Part shown: positions 39,034 through 50,596 of the stretch, piece after piece | Layout of the letters: each line of letters begins with the position of its first letter | How positions within the stretch are numbered: position 1 is the first letter of the stretch | Assembly: GCF_046119375.1 (NCBI RefSeq) | Contig: NW_027362761.1 | Coordinates: 314,092,001-314,156,000, forward strand | Length of the DNA stretch: 64,000 nucleotides | Direction: 5' to 3' | DNA from: Phyllobates terribilis | Taxonomy: Eukaryota | The notes under the pieces: model-generated | The model's database searches: none | What the model was told of the DNA's origin: nothing | The model's input: only the letters and a program-made list of their open reading frames with translations | Made by a program: the position numbers and the translations under genes

Positions 39034-39377
39034 GTGAGTGTCACCGTCCATGTTTCCTCTCATACAGCAGGCAGTGTTTGTCTAGTGCACTGCACGGACA
39101 TTACTACCATGTGACGTCTCTAGTGACTCCATACTCTGAGAAATGGCTGCTGCAGCTGCCCTGTGGCAATGTGGCACCAGCCTACTGCAGTGCGCCTGTG
39201 TTGTCCATCATTAGCTTCTGTATGAGCTGTGCTAGAAATGTCTTCTCAATCTCCTCTTCTATCTTCTATGTGATGTACATGTCCGCTTTCCACCAGAGAT
39301 CATGGCATCAGTCCCCTCAGCCTTCTCTCACATTGATATTTGTAGCAGTTGTCCACTGCTAGACACCTTCTCATTAA

Positions 39378-42300
39378 TCAATTCAGGACCCTAATTAAAA
39401 TAGACGCAATGTGTACGCTCCGCAGACGCAGTGTACGCTCCGCAGACGCAGTGTACGCTCCCCAGACGCAGTGTACGCTCCGCAGACGCAGTGTACGCTC
39501 CCCAGACGCAGTGTACGCTCCCCAGACGCAGTGTACGCTCCCCAGACGCAGTGTACGCTCCCCAGACGCAGTGTACGCTCCCCAGACGCAGTGTACGCTC
39601 CCCAGACGCAGTGTGTACGCTCCCCAGACGCAGTGTGTACGCTCCCCAGACGCAGTGTGTACGCTCCCCAGACGCAGTGTGTACGCTCCCCAGACGCAGT
39701 GTGTACGCTCCCCAGACGCAGTGTGTACGCTCCCCAGACGCAGTGTGTACGCTCCCCAGACGCAGTGTGTACGCTCCCCAGACGCAGTGTGTACGCTCCC
39801 CAGACGCAGTGTGTACGCTCCCCAGACGCAGTGTACGCTCCCCAGACGCAGTGTACGCTCCCCAGACGCAGTGTACGCTCCCCAGACGCAGTGTACGCTC
39901 CCCAGACGCAGTGTGTATGCTCTCCAGACGCAGTGTACGCTCCGCAGACGCAGTGTACGCTCCGCAGACGCAGTGTACGCTCCCCAGACGCAGTGTACGC
40001 TCCGCAGACGCAGTGTACGCTCCCCAGACGCAGTGTACGCTCCGCAGACGCAGTGTACGCTCCCCAGACGCAGTGTACGCTCCCCAGACGCAGTGTACGC
40101 TCCCCAGACGCAGTGTACGCTCCCCAGACGCAGTGTGTACGCTCCCCAGACGCAGTGTACGCTCCCCAGACGCAGTGTACGCTCCCCAGACGCAGTGTAC
40201 GCTCCCCAGACGCAGTGTACGCTCCCCAGACGCAGTGTGTACGCTCCCCAGACGCAGTGTACGCTCTCCAGACGCAGTGTGTACGCTCCCCAGACGCAGT
40301 GTACGCTCTCCAGACGCAGTGTACGCTCCCCAGACGCAGTGTACGCTCCCCAGACGCAGTGTGTACGCTCCCCAGACGCAGTGTGTACGCTCCCCAGACG
40401 CAGTGTGTACGCTCCCCAGACGCAGTGTGTACGCTCCCCAGACGCAGTGTGTACGCTCCCCAGACGCAGTGTGTACGCTCCCCAGACGCAGTGTGTACGC
40501 TCCCCAGACGCAGTGTGTACGCTCCCCAGACGCAGTGTGTACGCTCCCCAGACGCAGTGTGTACGCTCCCCAGACGCAGTGTACGCTCTCCAGACGCAGT
40601 GTGTACGCTCTCCAGACGCAGTGTGTACGCTCTCCAGACGCAGTGTGTACGCTCTCCAGAGGCAGTGTGTACGCTCTCCAGACGCAGTGTGTACGCTCTC
40701 CAGAGGCAGTGTACGCTCCCCAGAGGCAGTGTACGCTCCCCAGAGGCAGTGTACGCTCCCCAGACGCAGTGTGTACGCTCTCCAGACGCAGTGTGTACGC
40801 TCTCCAGACGCAGTGTACGCTCTCCAGACGCAGTGTACGCTCCCCAGACGCAGTGTACGCTCCCCAGACGCAGTGTGTACGCTCCCCAGGCGCAGTGTGT
40901 ACGCTCTCCAGACGCAGTGTACGCTCTCCAGACGCAGTGTACGCTCCCCAGACGCAGTGTACGCTCTCCAGACGCAGTGTACGCTCTCCAGACGCAGTGT
41001 GTACGCTCCCCAGACGCAGTGTGTACGCTCCCCAGACGCAGTGTGTACGCTCCCCAGACGCAGTGTGTACGCTCCCCAGACGCAGTGTGTACGCTCCCCA
41101 GACGCAGTGTGTACGCTCTCCAGACGCAGTGTGTACGCTCCCCAGACGCAGTGTGTACGCTCTCCAGATGCAGTGTACGCTCCCCAGACGCAGTGTGTAC
41201 GCTCTCCAGACGCAGTGTACGCTCTCCAGACGCAGTGTACGCTCTCCAGACGCAGTGTACGCTCCCCAGACGCAGTGTACGCTCCCCAGATGCAGTGTAC
41301 GCTCCCCAGACGCAGTGTACGCTCCCCAGACGCAGTGTACGCTCCCCAGACGCAGTGTACGCTCCCCAGACGCAGTGTACGCTCCCCAGACGCAGTGTAC
41401 GCTCCCCAGACGCAGTGTGTACGCTCCCCAGACGCAGTGTGTACGCTCCCCAGACGCAGTGTGTACGCTCTCCAGACGCAGTGTGTACGCTCTCCAGACG
41501 CAGTGTGTACGCTCTCCAGACGCAGTGTGTACGCTCTCCAGACGCAGTGTACGCTCTCCAGACGCAGTGTACGCTCCCCAGACGCAGTGTGTACGCTCTC
41601 CAGACGCAGTGTGTACGCTCTCCAGACGCAGTGTACGCTCTCCAGACGCAGTGTACGCTCTCCAGACGCAGTGTACGCTCCCCAGACGCAGTGTACGCTC
41701 TCCAGACGCAGTGTGTACGCTCTCCAGACGCAGTGTACGCTCCCCAGACGCAGTGTACGCTCTCCAGACGCAGTGTACGCTCCCCAGACGCAGTGTACGC
41801 TCTCCAGACGCAGTGTGTACGCTCCCCAGACGCAGTGTGTACGCTCCCCAGACGCAGTGTGTACGCTCCCCAGACGCAGTGTGTACGCTCCCCAGACGCA
41901 GTGTGTACGCTCCCCAGACGCAGTGTGTACGCTCCCCAGACGCAGTGTGTACGCTCCCCAGACGCAGTGTGTACGCTCTCCAGACGCAGTGTACGCTCTC
42001 CAGACGCAGTGTGTATGCTCTCCAGACGCAGTGTATGCTCTCCAGACGCAGTGTACGCTCCCCAGACGCAGTGTACGCTCCCCAGACGCAGTGTACGCTC
42101 CCCAGACGCAGTGTACGCTCCCCAGACGCAGTGTGTGCGCTCCCCAGACGCAGTGTACGCTCTCCAGACGCAGTGTACGCTCTCCAGACGCAGTGTACGC
42201 TCCCCAGACGCAGTGTACGCTCCCCAGACGCAGTGTACGCTCTCCAGACGCAGTGTGTACGCTCCCCAGACGCAGTGTGTACGCTCCCCAGACGCAGTGT

Positions 42301-43590
42301 GTACGCTCCCCAGACGCAGTGTGTACGCTCCCCAGACGCAGTGTGTACGCTCCCCAGACGCAGTGTGTACGCTCCCCAGACGCAGTGTACGCTCCCCAGA
42401 CGCAGTGTGTACGCTCTCCAGAGGCAGTGTACGCTCCCCAGACGCAGTGTGTACGCTCTCCAGACGCAGTGTGTACGCTCTCCAGACGCAGTGTACGCTC
42501 CCCAGACGCAGTGTGTACGCTCTCCAGACGCAGTGTACGCTCCCCAGACGCAGTGTACGCTCCCCAGACGCAGTGTACGCTCCCCAGACGCAGTGTGTAC
42601 GCTCTCCAGACGCAGTGTGTACGCTCTCCAGACGCAGTGTGTACGCTCTCCAGACGCAGTGTACGCTCTCCAGACGCAGTGTACGCTCCCCAGACGCAGT
42701 GTACGCTCCCCAGACGCAGTGTACGCTCCCCAGACGCAGTGTACGCTCCCCAGACGCAGTGTGTACGCTCCCCAGAAGCAGTGTACGCTCCCCAGATGCA
42801 GTGTACGCTCCCCAGATGCAGTGTACGCTCCCCAGACGCAGTGTGTACGCTCCCCAGACACAATGTACGCTTCTTGAACGCAATGTACGCTCCTCAGACA
42901 CAGTGTACGCTCCCCAGACACAATGGACGCTTCTTGAATGCAATGTACGCTCTCCAGACACAATGTACGCTCCCCAGACACAGTGTACGCTCTCCAGATT
43001 CAATGTGTACGCTCTCCAGACGCAGTGTACGCTCTCCAGACACAGTGTACGCTTCTTGAACGCAATGTACGCTCCCCAGACGCAGTGTACGCTCCCCAGA
43101 CACAATGGATGCTTCTTGAACGCAATGTACGCTCTCCAGACACAGTGTACGCTCCCCAGACACAATGTACATTTCTTGAACGCAATGTACGCTCCCCAGA
43201 CACAGTGTACGCTCCCCAGATTCAATGTATGCTCCCCAGACGCAATGTACCCTCCCCAGAGGCAATGTACCCTCCCCAGAGGCAATGTACGCTCCCCAGA
43301 CGCAATGTACGCTCCCCAGACGCAATGTATTCTCCCCAGACACAATGTATTCTCCCCTTCCACAGCGGCACCATTTTAGTGATGTCAACGCCGCTGTTCT
43401 CGGAGAGCGACATGACTTGTCACCTGCCGGCTGCACGTGTCACTATTTACGAAGAACGGACTTTTACCCTGATGAAATTTTGATGAACTGCGTTCTGCAC
43501 ATGACACGAGTCACGTCACTCTCCGAGAACAGCAGTGCCACTGCTGGAGGTGAATATACACTTTTTACTATGATTAGGGTCCTGAATTGA
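39378..43590. mobile_element. Non-autonomous TIR element, superfamily unassigned, enclosing a giant minisatellite
   Basis: Perfect 18-bp TIR TCAATTCAGGACCCTAAT / ATTAGGGTCCTGAATTGA, each flanked by TTAA. Confidence 0.85.
39403..43350. repeat. ~4-kb minisatellite of 20/22-bp units (roughly 190 copies)
   Basis: CAGACGCAGTG(TG)TACGCTC(C/T)C repeated; source of the 1100-1300-aa artefact ORFs. Confidence 0.99.
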
Positions 43591-43669
43591 TTAAGCTAGG
43601 GTGGCCCGGTAGTGGAAAACTTTTAATATGACGTGAAAACATTTTTTTTGCCTCAAAAAGGTTGTATAT

Positions 43670-43714
<45 letters not shown>

Positions 43715-44026
43715 GGACCCAACACTGCTTGTCCTTTCAAATAAAATAAGTATTACATTCTAAAGCCTATGTAACTCCAACATTACAAGCCCACTTCCCC
43801 CCGATGGCCTTTGTTTAGAGGGCTGCAGCGGTGATATCACTTCTACAACAGATGAGCTCTGCAGCCAATCACCGTACTGTTGACCTCGGCATCATCACCG
43901 AGCCCAGTGATTGGCTTCAGTGGTCATGCGGTGTAGACAGGATGCAACCACCGCCGACCTGTAAACAAAATACTTCAGGGAGCAGCAGAAGAGACAAGGA
44001 GCTAGTGCTCATTTTTTTTATTCTGA

Positions 44027-44513
44027 AGTGAATCTGTCAGGATGTTACCCCATAAACTATTTATATGTGCATGTAGTTCTTTCAGAGACAAGTCCAATAC
44101 TTTTACATGACCTGTCCGTTCCTCTGTTACTGAGAAATCAGCGTTTGAATTAACATGCAAATGAGGCTGAAGAGCTATCTGTAGATCTGAAGCCTCTGTC
44201 ACTCCAGATCTATTCTCTGCATAGTGTTGCCTCCTCGTGTTTGGCTGACAGCCTCAATTCTGTGTGACTTCAGTCAAAGGGGCTGTCATTCAAGCAGGGG
44301 ATGGTGGCAGTGGGTGTAGAATAGAGCTGGAGTGACAGAGGCTTCAGATCTACACATAGATCTTCAGTCTCATTTGAATTTCAGTTCAAACACTGATTTC
44401 TCAGTAATGGAGTAACAGACTGGCTAAGTAAAGGTATTGCTGGACTTGTCTTTGAAAGAGCTACATGTGCATATAAATAGTTTGGGGGGAGAAATCCTTC
44501 TGACAAGTTCCCT
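44027..44513. mobile_element. T2/Kolobok-type palindromic MITE
   Basis: Right end CTGACAAGTTCCCT|TTAA, degraded left end AGTGAATCTGTCAG; long internal inverted arms (e.g. GAAGCCTCTGTCACTCCAG / CTGGAGTGACAGAGGCTTC). Confidence 0.8.
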
Positions 44514-45031
44514 TTAAAGTGTAAGCCGCCTCAAATATTGATGAAACCATTACATTTGGCTCTCAGAACGCTGTGATACAACAGAAATTCACATAGAAAA
44601 CGAAAAGATTGACCAGGGTGGTATGCAGCCACTGTCGTGTAAAGTCTCCATCTATGTCACACCGGTATACTGGCACAAGGTTCTCCTATGAACAATAACA
44701 TGACTGATACACATGACTGATACACATAGTATGTATTCTCATAGGTCAAATATAAATTCTTTTAAAGGCCCAAGTTGCATCAGTTAGATAGAACAAAATT
44801 GCCCTCAGAAAGAAGGATATCAACAAAATGTGTACCCTTTGGCATGAAGTATATATCACTTGGATACCACAGATTACCTTTGGCTCATGCAAACCATGAT
44901 TTGTTCCTACTTCAACCAGAGATTATGATTTATTTTCAGTTTCTATCTGTCTGTGTCGTCCAGACATAATCAGTTTCTCAATCAGATGTCTTCTGCCTAT
45001 GTCACCTTCTCTACTTCTTTCCATCATACAG

Positions 45032-45209
45032 GTCATCAGTAAAGCGATGTAAAGAGAAGCATCTAGAGGAGGCTGTACTGGCTTTAAAAGCAGCAGTGCA
45101 GGTTTTGGAAAACCTTCCTGATGATGAATTTCTTCCTTTACTCCATTATATCCTCACCACTCAGATGGCTTGTAGCAGCTCTTCTAGTTTTTTCCTGAAG
45201 CTTGAAAAG
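45032..45209 (+). CDS. Host gene coding exon 2
   Basis: Pyrimidine tract + ACAG acceptor, 178 nt open (E)SSVKRCKEKHLEEAV...FFLKLEK, AAG|GTGAAT donor; phase 2 in, 0 out. Confidence 0.88.
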
Positions 45210-45420
45210 GTGAATTTAGTGAACAGTGTGCACACTATTTATAGGTTTCCTGCTCTTTAACCCTTTTTTTACATTACTATAAAGTATATATCTGTTGGAG
45301 TTTACAGAATTATATTAGATCTTCCTATACTATTGTCTGCAAAATAAATGATTGTTCATTTGTTAAAGAATTGCAGTATTGTCTGGGTGTATCTGATTTC
45401 ACCTCTTCTGTTTTTCTCAG

Positions 45421-45507
45421 GTATTGGCAATGATTTCTCAGCTTAGACCAGATCTTGTGGCACAGCACCGTGAATGTTTTTTGTCTAGCCTGTTACAGGG
45501 TAAAGAG
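45421..45507 (+). CDS. Host gene coding exon 3
   Basis: TTTTTCTCAG acceptor, 87 nt VLAMISQLRPDLVAQHRECFLSSLLQGKE, GAG|GTGAGA donor; phase 0/0. Confidence 0.88.
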
Positions 45508-46249
45508 GTGAGAAAAGCATCCCTAATGCATGTATGTTCATATTTCTCAGGGTAAAGATTGCACTTTGTTACTTTTGTAATGTGTTGCTGCTTTATGGCA
45601 GTTACAGTGAATGGGAGTTAATGAACAGAAAAATGTCAGTAGACTAAGGCCGGTTCCACACTTGCATAAAACATGAACCATGCTCAGATCAGAAGACCTG
45701 ACACCTGGTGCCCACCAGGCATATATGAACCAGTTATCTCCGATCCGGAGACTCGGCAGTCAGGCCATGTCTTCCAGTCGAATCCCAGTCCCTGTTTCAT
45801 GGACAAGTGAAACCGGTCTAATACAACCACAGGTAGGTAAGACCCTACTACAAAAAATGAAGTGACAGGGGAGATGATATCCTGGTGCTTGCTGTAATAT
45901 ATTGGATCTGTTATTTAAAGAAACAGCACTTGAACTGTCCATGTGCTGGACCTATTTTTGCACTTGAGCTCTTTTCTCTTGAATAGTGATGAGCTGCATT
46001 ACCTGACACAGCACCTCGACTGATGCGGCACTGTTTCTGAAAAGACAGCAGACCCCTTTTTCCAGTCCTAAAAAAATCTTTCAGCCCTCTAATGATAATA
46101 AGATGACCATGCTGACTAATCAATACTTAGCTGTAGAAAATAGAATATGTCAGCGTCAGCCAACTATGTGTTCTACTCACACCCATAAGGGTTTTCTTAT
46201 TTAGATGGATGCATTTGTTTTAAATTATGTTCTTGGGATACATTCCCTG

Positions 46250-47205
46250 TAACGTATATTATAATATACAGATCCGGGGCACATATACCTTTTCTGGCAA
46301 TGGGGAGGGGCACCCCAGGATCTGTTAGTGCTCATTAGATGTCTTCATACATAGTTTATTAATCATTTGGTTCTTCATGAAGTGTGATCTTTCCCGGGTT
46401 TTAAACTCACAAGCTGTAGCATGGCTGGTAGAAACTGTAGCAGTGAGGAACAGGCTGTACCGCTAAGTATAGGATGATTTTCTCTGCTTAAATATCTAAA
46501 TAGTATTCTTCTTTTTTACAGGCATATTGTACTTGTATATAGAGATTCATTTCTATATACCAATATATCTCCATATATCTGTATGTTAGGGGTGACATAA
46601 AGGTCAGAGGTTTTTTTACCTTTAAAATTACTAAAAAACACTGGAAAAACACCCTAGCTCCAACCCGGAGAGAGTTCATGTCAAGGACTAAGGGACGTTA
46701 GGTGTATGGAATTGCTTGCTGCCTCAACTAATAACCAGTAAGATAGGTTTACTGTGGTATGGTTACCCTGGGGATGTATTCTTGGAAACAATCTTTAACT
46801 TGCTATTTCCGTTAGTTTAAACAAATATTGTTCCATATGAGACTTTAACAACTACATCAGAGAAGTAGATGACCTCCCCCTAATGTTTTTCCCCCTCATA
46901 TTACCCACTCTTGTCTCCCTTGTCTTATTTGTATTTTCCATTTCTATTCAGATAGTGTGGATCGGTACATTCTTTTCCGCATACTATATGATCTTTTACT
47001 TATAAATAAGATATATTATAAAGTTGGTAGTGTAATCCTGATACTTATGTAACCCTATTCTTTATTGATTTTATATTTTCTGAATTACACGTAATGATTA
47101 TATTTGAATGCATTTTCATTCCATAATTTTGTCAATATTTTATGTTCCTTGTAATTTGTAAAATTTCAATATAAACAGTAAATAAATACTAAAAAATGTT
47201 GAAAA
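46250..47205 (+). mobile_element. Possible old L1-type LINE 3' fragment
   Basis: DRFTVVWLPW-like segment near 46742-46772 resembles an L1 ORF2 end, followed by a T-rich UTR and A-rich tail; highly decayed. Confidence 0.35.
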
Positions 47206-47232
47206 ACATTAAAATAATCACATTTTTATATA

Positions 47233-48825
47233 CAGTACAGACCAAAAGTTTGGACACACCTTCTCATTTAAAGATTTTTCACACTGAAGGCATCAAAACT
47301 ATGAATTAACACATGGGGAATTATATACTTAACAAAAAAGTGTGAAACAACTGAAAATATGTCTTATATTCTAGGTTCTTCAAAGTAGCCACCTTTTGCT
47401 TTGATGACTGCTTTGCACACTCTTGGCATTCTCTTGCTGAGCTTCAAGTGGTAGTCACCGGAAATGGTTTTCACTTCACAGGTGTGCCCTGTCAGGTTTA
47501 ATAAGTGGGATTTCTTGCCTTATAAATGGGGTTGGGACCATCAGTTGTGTTGTGCAGAAGTCAGGTGGATACACAGCTGATAGTCCTACTGAATAGACTG
47601 TTAGAATTTGTATTATGGCAAGAAAAAAGCAGCTAAGTAAAGAAAAACGAGTGGCCATCATTACTTTAAGAAATGAAGGTCAGTCCGAAAAATTGGGAAA
47701 ACTTTGAAAGTGTCCCCAAGTGCAGTTGCAAAAACCATCAAGCGCTACAAAGAAACTGGCTCACATGAGGAGCGCCCCAGGAAAGGAAGACCAAGAGTCA
47801 CCTCTGCTTCTGAGGATAAGTTTATCTGAGTCACCAGCCTCAGAAATCGCAGGTTGACCTGGTCTCTAATCTGAGCTGCTGTCAATGCCACACAGAGTTC
47901 TAGCAGCAGACACAGCTCTACAGCAACTGTTAAGAGGAGACTTTGTGCAGCAGGTCTTCATGGTAAAATAGCTGCTAGGAAACCACTGCTAAGGACAGGC
48001 AACAAGCAGAGGAGACTTGTTTGGGCTAAAGAACACAAGGAATGGACATTAGACCAGTGGAAATCTGTGCTTTGGTCTGATGAGTCCAAATTTGAGATCT
48101 TTGGTTCCAACCACCGTGTCTTTGTGCGACGCAGAAAAGGTGAACGGATGGACTCTACATGCCTGTTTCCCACCGTGAAGCATGGAGGAGGAGGTGTGAT
48201 GGTGTGGGGGTGCTTTGCTTGTGACACTGTTGGGGATTTATTAAAAATTGAAGGCATACTGAACCAGCATGGCTACCACAGCATCTTGCAGCCGCATGCT
48301 ATTCCATCCGGTTTGTGTTTAGTTGGACTATCATTTATTTTTCAACAGGACAATGACCCCAAACATACCTCCAGGCTGTGTAAGGGCTATTTGACCAAGA
48401 AGAAGAGTGATAGGGTGCTACGCCAGATGACCTGGCCTCCACAGTCACCAGACCTGAACCCAATCGAGATGGTTTGGGGTGAGCTGGACCGCAGAAGTGA
48501 AGGCAAAAGGGCCAACAAGTGCTAAGCATCTCTGGGCACTCCTTCAAGATTGTTGGAAGACCATTTCCGGTGACTACCTCTTGAAGCTCAACAAGAGAAT
48601 GCCAAGAGTGTGCAAAGCAGTCATCAAAGCAAAAGGTGTCTACTTTGAAAAACCTAGAATAAAAGACATATTTTCAGTTGTTTCACACTTTTTTGTTAAG
48701 TATATAATTCCACATGAGTTAATTCATAGTTTTGATGCCTTCAGTGTGAATGTACAATTTTCATAGTCATGAAAATACAGAAAAATCTTTAAATGAGAAG
48801 GTGTATCCAAACTTTTGGTCTGTAC

Positions 48826-48827
<2 letters not shown>
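47233..48827 (+). mobile_element. Full-length Tc1-like element with long TIRs, degenerate transposase
   Basis: CAGTACAGACCAAAAGTTTGG termini; ATG 47615 MARKKQLSKEKR; WSDESKFEIFG, QQDNDPKHT, SPDLNPIEMVW. Confidence 0.95.
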
Positions 48828-48874
<47 letters not shown>

Positions 48875-49047
48875 TTTAAAAATAAATGTCACAAGTCGGT
48901 AAATAAGGACATTTTCAGAATTCCTTGAATTGTAACAAAACATTGATCAGTGACTGGTAAATCACGTAAATAATGTAGTCTTTCTTTCATCTCCATCAAC
49001 CCGTTAAAAAAAGTAAATACAAATCTAACGATTACATACTTGTTTAA

Positions 49048-49811
49048 CCCCTTTCTGACGTGTGACCTAATAGTATTAGGTCATATGGCGATTGCACCCG
49101 CACACAAGCGGTGCGGGGAGATCGCCGCCTGGTGTCAGCTGATTGTCACAGCTGACACCCGGTACTATGTGCAGGGAGCAGTCCTGCACCGTTCCCTGCA
49201 CATTAACCCCCTCAATGCTGCGATCGAAGCCGATCGCAGCATTGCGGGGGCAAGGGGAGGTGATCGCCGATACTCACCTCTGCTGCAGGCGTCCAACGCT
49301 GTCTGCCGCGGCTCCCGGATGGTGCCATGAAGACCCGATATCGTCATGACAACATCCGGGTCACCAGATAGCAGGAAAATACTTTGGTCAGGCGCAGTGC
49401 ATGACCAAAGTATCTTCTCCCTCTGCAGCAGTGATAGCCTGTATAGCACAGGGAGCTGCTGCTGCTCTCTATGCTATACAGGCGATCTGAAATGTGAAAT
49501 AAAATGTGAAAGTCCCATAGCGGGACAAGGTGTAAAAGTAAAAAAAAGAATCAGAATGTGAAAAAAAAAATAGAAAAAAAATTGTAAAAATATTTTAAAA
49601 AATAATCCAAAAAAATAAAAATATATTGTGCCCATAAATAAATATCGAAGATATTTTACCACTAGCATGAAGTACAATATGTCACAAAGAAACTGTCTCA
49701 GGGGGATTCTTTGAAGCGTTCCAGAGTTATTACCTCATAAAGTGGCAGTGGTCAGAATTGTAAAAATTGGCCCGGTCATTAACCTGCAAACCACCCTCTG
49801 GGGTAAAGGGG
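49048..49811 (+). mobile_element. Short piggyBac-like non-autonomous element
   Basis: TTAA|CCCCTTT...AAAGGGG|TTAA; right end shared with the 50597 and 59391 elements. Confidence 0.8.
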
Positions 49812-50596
49812 TTAATAAAAGGGTATTTAAATGAAAAAAAAAATTTGCATCTTGTCTTGCAAAATAACAAGACTTCTTATAGTGAAGATGACGAAATAAA
49901 AATGTTATGGTTGTTACATTTTTTTTGCTCATTCAAAGTTCTATGTTCGTGTGTGTATTTGTATGTACACATTTTATATATGCTTGTGTGCATGTTTGTA
50001 TATTTATATGTGTGTGATTTATTAGCCTGGACATATTTCATATATGTGTGCCTAGCAGGGCTGTGGAGTCGGAGTCAGTAAAAAGTGGACCAACTCCGAC
50101 TCCTAAAATCTAATATATATCATCGTCTTATCCCGTCTGTCTGTCCTTCTGTCCAGGAAATCCCGCGTCGCTGATTGGTCCGGCCACGGCCAATCAGCGA
50201 CGCGGGATTTCAGAAAAAGATGGCGGCCGTTAGCGGCTCATCTGCCGCACGGAGGTCAGCGGCGATGCAGCCGGGAGATGACCAGCGCTAGCCGGTCATC
50301 TCCCGGCTGCTCGCAGCAGAAGGACCCCGACCGGCGGCGCCGCTGACCTCCATGCGGCTACCGTCGGGAGATCAGGGCTAGGGCCGCTGATCTCCCGACG
50401 GCAAGTGTGAAGGGAGGACCGGTGAGCGGCTCCGCCGGTCCGGATACTTCTGCTGCGAGCAGCCAGTCTTCTCCTGGCTGCTCGCAGCGGAAGTACCCGC
50501 ACAGGCAGCGCTTCTCCCCGGTCCTCACTAATACTATTCGCTGATTGGTCGCGGCCGCCGTCCGCGACCAATCAGCGATTTTGGCGCCAAATTTAA

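Noticed and set aside
38824-39114. 96-aa ORF over the promoter, and the short ATG 38858-TGA 38887 uORF
   Set aside because: The 96-aa ORF is in a different frame from the splice-compatible exon; the short uORF probably lies upstream of the TSS.
39403-43350. CRISPR-like regular repeat
   Set aside because: Head-to-tail units with no unique spacers, no cas genes, eukaryotic context.
39349-43379. Six ORFs of 1148-1322 aa on both strands
   Set aside because: Translations of the 20/22-bp minisatellite, which lacks stops by composition; no domain content.
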